In this document: positions 37,437 through 47,399 of the stretch, in pieces
How the letters are laid out: each line of letters starts with the position of its first letter
Position numbering within the stretch: the stretch's first letter is position 1
Source: Elusimicrobiota bacterium
Lineage (GTDB): Bacteria > Elusimicrobiota > Elusimicrobia > UBA1565
DNA: 64,000 bases
Assembly (NCBI GenBank): GCA_043827405.1
Contig: JBDRPD010000062.1
Coordinates: 32,001-96,000, forward strand
Direction of reading: 5' to 3'
Notes under the pieces: generated by a model
Told to the model about the DNA's origin: nothing
What the model saw: only the letters and a program-made list of their open reading frames with translations
Databases searched by the model: none
Translations under genes and position numbers: made by a program

Positions 37437-38561
37437 GTGCATCGTCGAGAACCGCTGGGACTCTACGTCCATGTTCCGTTCTGCGCCGTCAAGTGCTTCT
37501 ACTGCGACTTCGTTGCCTTTTCCGGCCAGGGCGGCCGGGTCGACCGCTACCTGGACGCCGTGCTCTGCGAGTCGCGGATGCGCGGCGGCGCGTCTCCCGA
37601 CACCCTCTATATCGGCGGCGGTACCCCGAGCGAGCTGAGCGCGGACCAGCTGCGGCGCCTGCTGGCGGGACTGGACTTGCCGGAGCTGCGCGAAGCGACC
37701 TTCGAGGCGAACCCGGAAAGCATGGACGAAGAGAAGCTCGACGTTCTGGCGCGCGGCGGCGTTACCCGACTCAGCCTCGGCCTGCAGGCCGCGCAGGAGC
37801 GGCTGCTGCGAACGCTCGGCCGGCGCCATTCCTGGGGTGATTTCGCCCGCGTCTTCGCGGCGGCGCGCGCGCGCGGCCTCGCCGTGAACGTGGACCTGAT
37901 GTGCGGGCTGCCCGGACAGAGCCGCGCCGACTCCGGCGAGAGCATCGACCGGGTTCTGGCGCTGGCGCCGGAGCATGTGTCGCTCTACGGGCTGTCGGTG
38001 GAGGACCGGACGCTGTTCAAGAAACGCGCGGTTCAAGTTGATGAGGACGAGAGCCGGCGGATGCTGGAAGACGCGCATGCCCGGCTTGCCCGCGCGGGCC
38101 TGCGCCACTACGAAATATCCAACTTCGCCCGGCCGGGAGCCGAGTCCAGGCACAATATCAACTACTGGCGCAACGGCTCCTATGTCGGGCTCGGCTGCGG
38201 CGCGGCGGGCTTCATCGGCGGAACGCGCTACAACAACGAGGAGACGCTGTCCCGGTACCTCGACCGGGTCGACCGCGGGGAGCGCCCCGTCGCCTCGTCG
38301 GAGCGGCTGAAGGGCAAGGAGAAGGCGGGGGAGACGCTGCTGCTCGGGCTGCGCCTCATCGACGGGATCGGTTTGGCGCCTGGGGTGCAGGAGATGTTCC
38401 GGCCGGAGCTCGAAGGGCTGCTCGCGCGCGGGCTGGTGGAGCTCGCGGGCGGCTGCTCGCGCTCCTTGCCGCGGCTGCGGCTGACGAGGGAAGGGCTGTT
38501 TTTGTCCAATGAAGTTTTTCGCGAGTTCGTCCCGCCGTATGCGGACGCGGAGCGGACATAG
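37437..38561 (+). CDS. hemW: radical SAM heme chaperone HemW (HemN-like)
   Basis: YVHVPFCAVKCFYCDF, GGGTPS, EANP, YEISNFA, HNINYW. Confidence 0.9.
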   Translation: MHRREPLGLYVHVPFCAVKCFYCDFVAFSGQGGRVDRYLDAVLCESRMRGGASPDTLYIGGGTPSELSADQLRRLLAGLDLPELREATFEANPESMDEEKLDVLARGGVTRLSLGLQAAQERLLRTLGRRHSWGDFARVFAAARARGLAVNVDLMCGLPGQSRADSGESIDRVLALAPEHVSLYGLSVEDRTLFKKRAVQVDEDESRRMLEDAHARLARAGLRHYEISNFARPGAESRHNINYWRNGSYVGLGCGAAGFIGGTRYNNEETLSRYLDRVDRGERPVASSERLKGKEKAGETLLLGLRLIDGIGLAPGVQEMFRPELEGLLARGLVELAGGCSRSLPRLRLTREGLFLSNEVFREFVPPYADAERT

Positions 38562-38627
38562 GCGAGGGTAAATTTATGGTTAAGAGCCCTTGTAAAGGTC
38601 CGTCTTGCCCTCCATAATATTGCCGAC

Positions 38628-39818
38628 ATGGATACCATAAGAAATCAGCTGTTGAGCGGTGCCGTGACGTTGAGCCTGGTTCTCGTTTGCGCCGCGGCGG
38701 CGCGCGCCGGTGATGCCGACAGCGATCTGCTGCGCGCCGCGCTGACCCTGCGGCAGAAGACCTACAGCGCGGCCCAAGCGGTCAAGAAGGCCGATGACAA
38801 GCTGATGCAGAGCCTCTACGCCGTGCCGACTGCCGAGGGGGTTTTGGTCGATATCCATATCGCGCTCAGCGGCATCTCTCCCGACAGCTCGCGCTACTAT
38901 GGGGGGCTCGGGCCCGAGCTGTTCGCCGCGCGGCAGAAGCTGGAGCAGGGCATCCAGGATTTGGCGCAGGCGCCCAAGAACTGCGAGGCCGGTTCGCTGT
39001 CGCGCTGGCAGCTCGCCGTCGCCGGGCGGCGCAGCGTCGAGGACGCCGTCGGCATGGCCAGCCGGGCGCGCATGCGCGTGAGCCAGCTGTCCGGACTGGA
39101 GGCGAAGCTGTCTCCCATCGTCTTCGAGCTGCGCAAGAAAACGCGCTGGAGCGCGGATGCGAGCAAGCTCGACCGCCTGCGCCTGGACATCAAGGGCGCG
39201 CTGGAGAGCGCCGCCAAGTATCTCGACGCCGGTCTCAACAACGAGGCCTTGCACGATATCGACATCGGCCGCAGCGCCCAGTGTCCCGATTTCGCGATGC
39301 CGCAGATTGAAGAGTCGCTGACTTCGTCTTCGCCGGCGGTTCCGTTCGGGCAGACCGCCAGCCCGCGCGCCGCGCAGGCGCTGGCCTGGTCCGCCGAGCA
39401 GATGCCGGGCGGCAAGGGGACGGGCGTCAACCGCAACAACGGCCAGAGTACCGCCAAGAGTCAGAACGCCTGGAACTCCTGGTGCCTGGCTTTCGTGGCG
39501 ACCGCCTACGGCCGGGACGTGGAGGAACTGCGGGCGCCGAGCGCGATCTCTTCCTATAAGAAGTTCGTCCGCGCGGGCAAGCTGGTCAACTCGCGCAGCG
39601 GCATCCCGGCGGGCGCCCCGGTTTTCTTCAAGGCTACGCGGGGCAACAACTACTGGGGACATATCGCGATATTCACCGGCCGCTACACCGAGAGCGGAGA
39701 GCCCATCATCCGCACCACCGGCTGGGGCAGTTGGCCGGGCATCCACGAGATTACCCTGGCGGAAATGGAGCGCAAGGGCGGCACCACCTATACGGGTTTC
39801 GGCGTCGTCACGCCGTGA
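38628..39818 (+). CDS. secreted protein with C-terminal NlpC/P60 or CHAP-like cysteine peptidase domain
   Basis: Signal peptide; helical N-terminal region; WCLAFV (Cys) and YWGHIAIFTG (His). Confidence 0.7.
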   Translation: MDTIRNQLLSGAVTLSLVLVCAAAARAGDADSDLLRAALTLRQKTYSAAQAVKKADDKLMQSLYAVPTAEGVLVDIHIALSGISPDSSRYYGGLGPELFAARQKLEQGIQDLAQAPKNCEAGSLSRWQLAVAGRRSVEDAVGMASRARMRVSQLSGLEAKLSPIVFELRKKTRWSADASKLDRLRLDIKGALESAAKYLDAGLNNEALHDIDIGRSAQCPDFAMPQIEESLTSSSPAVPFGQTASPRAAQALAWSAEQMPGGKGTGVNRNNGQSTAKSQNAWNSWCLAFVATAYGRDVEELRAPSAISSYKKFVRAGKLVNSRSGIPAGAPVFFKATRGNNYWGHIAIFTGRYTESGEPIIRTTGWGSWPGIHEITLAEMERKGGTTYTGFGVVTP

Positions 39819-39936
39819 CCTGATCCCGCTCCGTCTCCGCTTGACTGAACTGTCCTTCCTATTTTGATATCCTTCTATTGAGCCGTATTGGCCCTCCGTA
39901 CACTTTTCACGAACATAAACCGATGGGGGTATAGTC

Positions 39937-41910
39937 ATGCTGGAGCGCAAAAAAGGCGTAGATATTTTAGTCGAGATCGGCGGCATCAAGAACGCCGATG
40001 ATGCCATGAAGCTGTTCAAGAAGAAGCTCGACGCCGAGCACCTCGGTCGGCTCAAGAAGATCAAGAACGAAGAGGCGCGCATCAAGATCGCCAACGCCAT
40101 CGCCATGTGCGAGCCGGATAAGGTCTATATCAACACCGGCGCGAAGAAAGATTTGCAGTTCATCCGCGAGCTCGCCCTCAAGACCGGCGAGGAAAAGAAG
40201 CTGGCGATGAAGAACCATACGATCCACTACGACCTGGCCGGCGAGCAGGGGCGGATCACCGACCGCACCTTCTATATCGCCAACGAGGGCGAGGCCGTCA
40301 GCTCGCTGGGCAAGAAGATGCTGCGCGCCGAGGCCCTCGAGGACATCCGCGGCAAGATGAAGGGCATCATGCGCGGCAAGACCATGGTCGTCGGCTTCTA
40401 CAACCGCGGCCCGGTCGGGGCGCCGCTGTCCAACCCGGCGCTCGAGATTTCGAGCTCGGCCTACGTCAGCCACAGCGCCGAGATCCTCTACCGCAACTGC
40501 TACCCATCGTTCGACAAGGAGGTCAAGAAGCTTGGGCATATGTTCGTCAACGTCCACAGCGAGGGCCCGAACCGGCCCGAGGACCTGCCCAACGCCCGCG
40601 TCTTCATGGACCGCAGCCACTGGACGACCTTCAGCATCTTCTGCACCTATGCCGGCAACACCCTGATGATGAAGAAGGGCAACCACCGCTTCGCGGTGGA
40701 TAAGGCCGTCTACACCAACCGCGGCAACGAGCTCTCCGAGCACATGTTCATCACCGGACTCAAGGGCCCCGGCGGGCGCGTTACCTGGTGCGCCGGCGCC
40801 GCGCCCAGCGGCTGCGGCAAGACGACGACGGCCATGGCCGGCGACCTTTTCGTCGGCGACGACCTGGCGCAGATGTGGATCGCCAAGGACGGCACGGTGC
40901 GCGCGATCAATCCCGAGGCCGGCATCTTCGGCATCGTCCAGGACGTCAACTGGGAGGGCGACCCGCACCTCATGAACCTGCTGCGCAAGGAAGGGGCCGA
41001 AGTGATCTGGTCGAACGTGCTCGTTGACGACAAGGACGTTCCCCACTGGGTCAATAACGGCGAGAAGCCGCCGAAGAAGGGCAAGAACTTCCAGGGCGAG
41101 TGGTTCGCGGGCAAGAAGGACGCCGCCGGCAAGGACATCCCGCTCTCGCACCCGAACTCGCGCTGCACGGTCTCGGCGAGCAAGCTGGCCAACTACTCCA
41201 AGGAGAACGAGAACCCCAAGGGCGTCGTCACCCGCGTCGTCACCTACAGCGGCCGCGACTCCGACACTATGCCGCCGGTCTGGGTGGCCAAGAACTCGGA
41301 CCACGGCGTTTTGATCGGCGCCTGCATCGTCTCGGCCGCCACCGCGACCGAGGTCGGCGCCAGCGGCGTCAAGCGCGCGCCGTGGGCCAACGCCCCGTTC
41401 ATCCCGGGGGCGCTGGGCGACTACATGGACGCGCAGTTCAAGTTCTTCGGCAGCAAGAAGATCGCCAAAGGCAAGCGGCCGATCATGGCCGGCCTCAACT
41501 ACTTCCTGACGCATGAGGCGCGCGGCGGCGAGGGCAAGCAGCTTCTCGGCGAGAAGCGCGACGTCAAGGTGTGGCTGTCGTGGCTCGAGCGCCGCGCCTT
41601 CAACGAGGTCGAGGCGATCGAGACCCCGATCGGCTTCCTGCCGAGGTACGAGGACTTAAAGAAGCTCTTCAAGGACAAGATCGGCAAGGAGTATCCGGAA
41701 GGGCTCTACGAGAAGCAGTTCTCGCTCCACATCGACAACATCGTCAAGCGCCTGGACCTGCAGCTCGAGGCCTACGGCAAGGAGGAGAACCTGCCGGAGC
41801 AGCTCTTCGCGGTGCTCAAGGAGCAGCGGGCGGGGCTCATGGCGCTGAAGGAGAAGCACGGCGCCGTCGTCAAGCCCGAGCAGCTGGCGCTGCAGGGCGC
41901 GGCGAACTAG
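39937..41910 (+). CDS. pckG: phosphoenolpyruvate carboxykinase (GTP)
   Basis: YAGN, EHMFI, APSGCGKT, VGDDLA, RAINPEAGIFG, HPNSR. Confidence 0.93.
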   Translation: MLERKKGVDILVEIGGIKNADDAMKLFKKKLDAEHLGRLKKIKNEEARIKIANAIAMCEPDKVYINTGAKKDLQFIRELALKTGEEKKLAMKNHTIHYDLAGEQGRITDRTFYIANEGEAVSSLGKKMLRAEALEDIRGKMKGIMRGKTMVVGFYNRGPVGAPLSNPALEISSSAYVSHSAEILYRNCYPSFDKEVKKLGHMFVNVHSEGPNRPEDLPNARVFMDRSHWTTFSIFCTYAGNTLMMKKGNHRFAVDKAVYTNRGNELSEHMFITGLKGPGGRVTWCAGAAPSGCGKTTTAMAGDLFVGDDLAQMWIAKDGTVRAINPEAGIFGIVQDVNWEGDPHLMNLLRKEGAEVIWSNVLVDDKDVPHWVNNGEKPPKKGKNFQGEWFAGKKDAAGKDIPLSHPNSRCTVSASKLANYSKENENPKGVVTRVVTYSGRDSDTMPPVWVAKNSDHGVLIGACIVSAATATEVGASGVKRAPWANAPFIPGALGDYMDAQFKFFGSKKIAKGKRPIMAGLNYFLTHEARGGEGKQLLGEKRDVKVWLSWLERRAFNEVEAIETPIGFLPRYEDLKKLFKDKIGKEYPEGLYEKQFSLHIDNIVKRLDLQLEAYGKEENLPEQLFAVLKEQRAGLMALKEKHGAVVKPEQLALQGAAN

Positions 41911-41936
41911 TTCGCGGCATAACGGTCGCAGCAATG

Positions 41937-41978
41937 AGCCGCCCGGCTTCGCCGGGCGGCTTGTTTGTTTATTTTTTT
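41937..41978 (+). terminator. Rho-independent terminator
   Basis: agccgcccgg-cttcg-ccgggcggct followed by tgtttgtttattttttt. Confidence 0.85.
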
Positions 41979-42029
41979 AAAACAAAATTTCCTTTAGCGT
42001 ATGCTATTCTCGGTAGGGATGTCGGGAAG

Positions 42030-43760
42030 GTGCGGCGTTTGAAATCGCTCGTACGCCGGCTGCTTGGCGGCGTGCTCCTTGTCCCGCTGGCCTTGAGCAG
42101 GGCCGGCGCGGGGCTCTTTTATGTCGATGTGCGCACGTCCACGGAAAAGTTCGAGCTCCGGCTTCCCCGTTCCGCGAACTACGAGCTGGTCAGCGGCTCG
42201 CTGAATTTTACCGTTCCGGACGGCGTCAGGATGACGGTTCTTTCGGGACAGGCGACCATGATGGTCGAGGGGACCGCGATCGTCGGCGATGCCGGAGACA
42301 CCTTCAGCTTCCTGATCGCCGACGGCCGGGCGCATATCGTCGTGCACGCCGGGGAGATGAGCGTCACGCTGCCGGGCTATATGACGGCCGTCATCCGTGC
42401 CGGTCAGTTCCTGCCGGTGAGAGTTTCCAAGTTTGGAACCGTTACCGCTCCGCAGGCGCCCCAGGTGAAGGCGCCCCAAGTTAAGGCTCCCCAGGCAAAG
42501 GCTCCCCGGACGCGGCCCCCGATCGTTCCCGGACCGCCCGCAAGGAAGCCGTCGGTGCGGACCCCGGGCATCAATCTGAATATCCGCCTTTACCCATATT
42601 ACGCCGTCACCCAATCCTACGATACGAATATCTACCGGGTGCCGCGGGATAAGGCCGATGCGGGCACGGTGGGCGGCGGCGTGCTCGGCTCCTGGATAAC
42701 CAGGAATACCGTCGGTTCACGGCTGCAAATCCCGTTCAATAAGCAGCACCGTTTCGGGGCGGGCTATGCTTTGAGCATCGAGAACTATTCCACCCAGCCC
42801 GGGGTGAATGACACGAACGACCAGCAGTTCGACGCGCTGTACCGGTACGATATGCGCCGCCGCGTCGTCCTGCAGCTCGCCGACAAATACAAGAATACCA
42901 AGGACCCCGCCTTCAGCTCGCTCGTTGAGCGCAAGCGCCGGTATGAGAACGAGGTGTCGGCGCTGCTGGACTACGGCCGCAGCCGTCTTTTTGTGTGGGC
43001 GATCGACGCCCATTTTAACCACCACAAATATCTTGATCCCATGCTCTCCTCCCTGCTGAACCGGTACGAATCATCCTTCGGCGGCCGCGTGGGCATCAGG
43101 CTGCAGCCGCATTCGGAGCTCTACCTCCACTACCATCGCGGCATCGTCCATTACTCCGCGGGCCGGGCGGACCATTCCAAGTCCCATGACCTCGGTCTCG
43201 GGCTTTCCGGCGAGCTCGCTCCCCGGCTCAAAGGCATGGTCTCTTCCGGCGTCGCGGTCCGGCGCTACGAGCGAGCGACCGGCGAGGAGCGGCAGACGGT
43301 GAGCCTGCTGACGACCGCCGTCGACCTTAAATACGAACTGTCCCGGCGTACGCGGTTCGCTCTGGTCGGCTACCGGCGCATGCAGGAATCGACTTTCGGC
43401 GGCAGCCGGTATTATGTAGCGACCGGCGCGACGCTGAACGTCCGCCAGCGTATTAAAGCGCTGGTTGTTTCGGTGAGCGGAGGGCATGAGACCAGCGTAT
43501 ATCCGGTTTCGACCACTATCGGCGCCGCGGCCGCTTTCCGGCGGGACCGCCATTACACGGGAAGCGTGAGAATCGATTATGAGCTGCGCAAATGGCTGTC
43601 TTTGAGCGCGCAGTATACGAGCATGCAGCGTCTTACCAGTTTCGCCGAGGAGTTCGACTACCGTGCCGATGTGACTTCCGTAGGTCTGCGCGCCGGGTTC
43701 GGCGGACATGAGCCGAACCGCCGATATGCGGAGCCTGCTTCGTCAAACAGCGCCTTTTAG
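42030..43760 (+). CDS. outer-membrane beta-barrel protein with N-terminal beta-rich (FecR-like) domain and Pro-rich linker; start 42030 or 42039
   Basis: Signal-like N-terminus, APQ(V/A)K repeats, YDTNIY followed by about 400 aa of amphipathic beta-strands. Confidence 0.7.
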   Translation: MRRLKSLVRRLLGGVLLVPLALSRAGAGLFYVDVRTSTEKFELRLPRSANYELVSGSLNFTVPDGVRMTVLSGQATMMVEGTAIVGDAGDTFSFLIADGRAHIVVHAGEMSVTLPGYMTAVIRAGQFLPVRVSKFGTVTAPQAPQVKAPQVKAPQAKAPRTRPPIVPGPPARKPSVRTPGINLNIRLYPYYAVTQSYDTNIYRVPRDKADAGTVGGGVLGSWITRNTVGSRLQIPFNKQHRFGAGYALSIENYSTQPGVNDTNDQQFDALYRYDMRRRVVLQLADKYKNTKDPAFSSLVERKRRYENEVSALLDYGRSRLFVWAIDAHFNHHKYLDPMLSSLLNRYESSFGGRVGIRLQPHSELYLHYHRGIVHYSAGRADHSKSHDLGLGLSGELAPRLKGMVSSGVAVRRYERATGEERQTVSLLTTAVDLKYELSRRTRFALVGYRRMQESTFGGSRYYVATGATLNVRQRIKALVVSVSGGHETSVYPVSTTIGAAAAFRRDRHYTGSVRIDYELRKWLSLSAQYTSMQRLTSFAEEFDYRADVTSVGLRAGFGGHEPNRRYAEPASSNSAF

Positions 43761-43819
43761 CCTTGCAAATTCCGCGATTTCCTGCTAAACAATGAGAGGT
43801 CTGCGCCGAGAGGAGGCTT

Positions 43820-44572
43820 ATGTCCTTTCGGTTGTCGCGGGCTTTTTTTATTTGGGTGCTGTTTCCCGTCTATGCGGCGGGCATGGGCCGTTCCCCCGCC
43901 GAAGAATACACGCTTGATCCGCAGACGCCGGCGGTGGTGGCCATCGATCCCGGTCACGGCGGCAAAAATGAGGGCGCCGATGTTTACGGCCGCAAGGAAC
44001 GTGAAATCGTGCTCGCGGTGGCCCAGCGCCTGCAGGAAATCCTGGAAGAGCGGCCGGCCCTTTCTCCGTACCTGACGCGCTGGGACGACGATTTCGTCGC
44101 TCTGACCGACCGCGTGACCCGCGGCGAAGCCGTGGGGGGGAAAGTTTTTGTCTCCCTGCATGTCGACAACAACCGCGTGCGCAAGGGGCGCGGCGTAATA
44201 ACCTATGTCTACGGCAGCAACCGCACCATCCCCAAGGGCCCCGAGCGCGAACGGGATGAGAAGATATTGCCCAAGCCGCCCCGTGGTCAGATCGCGCAGT
44301 CGCGGCGCCTCGCCGCGCATATTCAGAAATCGATGCGGCGGCACGGCATCAACGCCGTGGAGTATGTGGACCGGGGTCCGTTTGCCGTGCTCAAGAGCGC
44401 CTGGATGCCGAGCGTCATCGTGGAGCTGGGCAACCTGCGCGACAAGAAGGAGGCCGCCATGGTCTCCGACCCGCGGCAGCAGGCGCGCCTGGCGGAGGCG
44501 ATCGCCGACAGCATCGAAGGCTACCTGCGCGAGCGCTACGGCGGGGTCGCAAAGCGCGCCGGGACCGACTAA
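43820..44572 (+). CDS. N-acetylmuramoyl-L-alanine amidase (Amidase_3)
   Basis: IDPGHGG, E, SLHVD, VLK, IVELG Zn/catalytic motifs. Confidence 0.92.
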   Translation: MSFRLSRAFFIWVLFPVYAAGMGRSPAEEYTLDPQTPAVVAIDPGHGGKNEGADVYGRKEREIVLAVAQRLQEILEERPALSPYLTRWDDDFVALTDRVTRGEAVGGKVFVSLHVDNNRVRKGRGVITYVYGSNRTIPKGPERERDEKILPKPPRGQIAQSRRLAAHIQKSMRRHGINAVEYVDRGPFAVLKSAWMPSVIVELGNLRDKKEAAMVSDPRQQARLAEAIADSIEGYLRERYGGVAKRAGTD

Positions 44573-44595
44573 TCTAATAAGTATAATAAGCCGCT

Positions 44596-47325
44596 ATGCT
44601 GGATAAAGCCTATTCTCACGAGGACGTGGAATCCCGTTGGACCGCGGCCTGGAAGGAAGCCAAGCTCTTTCATTCCAAGCCCTCCGACCAGCCGTCCTAT
44701 ACGATCGTCATCCCGCCGCCCAATATCACCGGCGCCCTGCACATCGGCCATGCGCTAAACAATACGCTGCAGGACATCCTCATCCGCTACCACCGGCTGC
44801 GCGGCCGCGAGGCATGCTGGGTGCCCGGAACCGACCATGGCGGCATCGCGACCCAGAACGTGATGGAGAAGATGCTCAAGCAGGAAGGGCTCACGCGCCA
44901 TGATCTGGGGCGGGAGAAATTCCTGGGACGCATGCAGACCTGGTCGCGGGAAACCAAGAATACGATCCTCGGCCAGCTGACCCGTCTGGGCTGCGCTCTC
45001 GATTTCAGCCGCGAAGCCTTTACTATGGATGAGACGCGGGCCGCGGCCGTCTGCCATGCCTTCAAGCAGTTCTACGACCAGGGGCTCATTTACCGCGACA
45101 AGCGCATGGTCAACTGGTGCGTGCGCTGCGGCACCGCCCTGTCGGACATCGAAGTCGAGCACGAGGAGCGCAAGGGCGGCCTGTGGCATATCAAATACCC
45201 GGTGGTGGGCGAAGAGGGCCGTTTTCTGACCATCGCCACGACGCGTCCCGAGACCATGCTCGCCGACACGGCGATCGCCGTCCATCCGGACGATGAGCGC
45301 TACCGGGACCTGCATGGAAAGAAAGCGATCCTGCCCCTGGTGAATATCGAGATTCCGATCATCGCCGACGCCTACGTCGACCGGTCCTTCGGCACGGGGG
45401 CGCTGAAAGTTACGCCGTATCATGACGTCAACGATTTTGCGATTTGGCAGAGGCATAAGGACGTGATGCCCGCTCCGCCCCAGGTCATCGGCTTCGACGG
45501 CAGGATGACCGAGCAGGCGCCCGAGAAGTATCGCGGACAAACGCGCGATAAGGCGCGCGACGCGGTGGTCGCCGACCTGGAGGAATGCGGTCTGCTCGAC
45601 AAGATGGAAAAATACAAGAACGCCGTCGGCACCTGCTACCGCTGCCAGCAGGCGATCGAGACTTTGCCCTCGGAGCAGTGGTTTATGAAGATGGGAGAAC
45701 TCGCCGCGAAGGCGGGCGCTGCCGTCGACGCGGGGGACTTCAAGCTGTACACGCAGTCCTGGACCAAACCCTACCGGAAGTGGCTCGCGGATATTCACGA
45801 CTGGTGCCTGTCCCGGCAAATCTGGTGGGGGCACCGCATTCCGGTCTGGTACTGTCCCGAGTGCCTGGGCGACAAGCTGGAGCTCAGCGGCGACGATGAG
45901 TACCGGCTCAAGAGCGGCGGCGAAAAGCTCGAACGGGGCGTTCGGGTCGCCGCTTCCCGGCCGGATAAATGCGCCTGCGGCGCCGACCGCTGGGTGCAGG
46001 ACGCCGACGTCCTGGATACGTGGTTCTCGTCGGCGCTATGGCCGCTGTCGGTGTTCGGCTGGCCGGAAGATACCCCAGACCTGCGGTTCTATTACCCGAC
46101 CAAGGTGCTCGTTACGGGCTACGAGATCCTGTATCTCTGGGTCGCCCGGATGCAGATGATGGGGCTTTACTTCAAGGACCGCGTCCCCTTCGACGACGCG
46201 CTCATCCATGGGATCGTGCGCGACAATAAAGGCAAGAAGATGTCGAAGTCCTTGGGCAATGTTATCGATCCGCTCGTCATGATGGACAAATACGGCACCG
46301 ACGCGCTGCGCTTCGCCCTCGCCGCGCAGGCGCACCCCGGGCGGGATATCCCGTTCTCCGAAGACTCCTTGACCGGACCCCGCCATTTCGTCAACAAGAT
46401 TTGGAACTCGACGCGCTTCGTCCTGATGAACGTCCCCGAGACGGCGCCCGCCGGGGGCTACGCTCTCGCGGAGCTGGATGGAAAATCTCTCGAGCTCGCG
46501 GATCGCTGGATCCTTGACGCCTTCGCCGCGGCCGTCGAGCGCGTCCACGCGCATATCCAGGTCTATAACGTGGCCGCGGCGGCCGACGAGCTTTACGGCT
46601 TCCTGTGGGATGACTTCTGCGACTGGTATGTGGAGCTGGCCAAGATCCGTCTTGAGGACAAGTCCGCCGACGGCCGGGCGGCGCGCACGATTCTCGTGCA
46701 GGTCCTGACGGCGACGATGAAGCTCCTGCATCCGTTTATGCCTTACGTAACCGAGGAGCTCTACGGGGCGCTCAAGGCGCATGCGGGCGAGAAGGCGGAC
46801 TACATCCTGCGGGCCGGAGAATCCCGGTTTACGGGGGAGCTCGCGGACCGGGAAGCGGCCGAGAAGATGGCCTTTGTGATGGGCGCGGTCCGCGCCCTGC
46901 GCGCCCTGCGCTCCCAGCTCAATGTGCCTCCCGCGATGAAGCTCAACGTGATGTTCGCCGGCGAGGACCAGCATCTCGAGACCCTGCTCAACCACGCGCA
47001 CTACGTCCGGCGGCTGGCGCGGCTGGAGTCTTTCGAGAAATCGCCGGGCGAGCGCCCTCCTCAATCGGCTACCGCGGTGGTCGGCGGCCTGACATTCTAT
47101 GTCCCCTTGGCGGGGGTTATCGATTTGGCCAAGGAGCGAAAACGACTGGCCAAGGAGTTCGACGCCCTGTGCCAGGAGCTCGCGCGCTGCGAAAAGCAGC
47201 TGGGGAATCCTTCGTTTGTCGAGCGGGCTCCCGCCGCCGAGGTCGAGAAGATCCGCTGCCGGCAGCAGGATTTTGCGAGCAAAAAGATTTCGCTGGAGGG
47301 GACGCTGGCGAGCCTGGGAAATTGA
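44596..47325 (+). CDS. valS: valine--tRNA ligase
   Basis: PPPNITGALHIGHA, ATTRPET, DWCLSRQIWWGHRIP, KMSKS, C-terminal coiled coil. Confidence 0.98.
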   Translation: MLDKAYSHEDVESRWTAAWKEAKLFHSKPSDQPSYTIVIPPPNITGALHIGHALNNTLQDILIRYHRLRGREACWVPGTDHGGIATQNVMEKMLKQEGLTRHDLGREKFLGRMQTWSRETKNTILGQLTRLGCALDFSREAFTMDETRAAAVCHAFKQFYDQGLIYRDKRMVNWCVRCGTALSDIEVEHEERKGGLWHIKYPVVGEEGRFLTIATTRPETMLADTAIAVHPDDERYRDLHGKKAILPLVNIEIPIIADAYVDRSFGTGALKVTPYHDVNDFAIWQRHKDVMPAPPQVIGFDGRMTEQAPEKYRGQTRDKARDAVVADLEECGLLDKMEKYKNAVGTCYRCQQAIETLPSEQWFMKMGELAAKAGAAVDAGDFKLYTQSWTKPYRKWLADIHDWCLSRQIWWGHRIPVWYCPECLGDKLELSGDDEYRLKSGGEKLERGVRVAASRPDKCACGADRWVQDADVLDTWFSSALWPLSVFGWPEDTPDLRFYYPTKVLVTGYEILYLWVARMQMMGLYFKDRVPFDDALIHGIVRDNKGKKMSKSLGNVIDPLVMMDKYGTDALRFALAAQAHPGRDIPFSEDSLTGPRHFVNKIWNSTRFVLMNVPETAPAGGYALAELDGKSLELADRWILDAFAAAVERVHAHIQVYNVAAAADELYGFLWDDFCDWYVELAKIRLEDKSADGRAARTILVQVLTATMKLLHPFMPYVTEELYGALKAHAGEKADYILRAGESRFTGELADREAAEKMAFVMGAVRALRALRSQLNVPPAMKLNVMFAGEDQHLETLLNHAHYVRRLARLESFEKSPGERPPQSATAVVGGLTFYVPLAGVIDLAKERKRLAKEFDALCQELARCEKQLGNPSFVERAPAAEVEKIRCRQQDFASKKISLEGTLASLGN

Positions 47326-47399
47326 GCAGGGATGTTCGACCATTTCTATTGATTTCTGCGAACTAAGCTGATAATCTACCTCCGCGAGACTTCGGCAAA

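Noticed and set aside
41571..42029. N-terminal 153 aa of the 729-aa ORF-track call
   Set aside because: Overlaps pckG out of frame and crosses its terminator; the real start is near 42030-42039.
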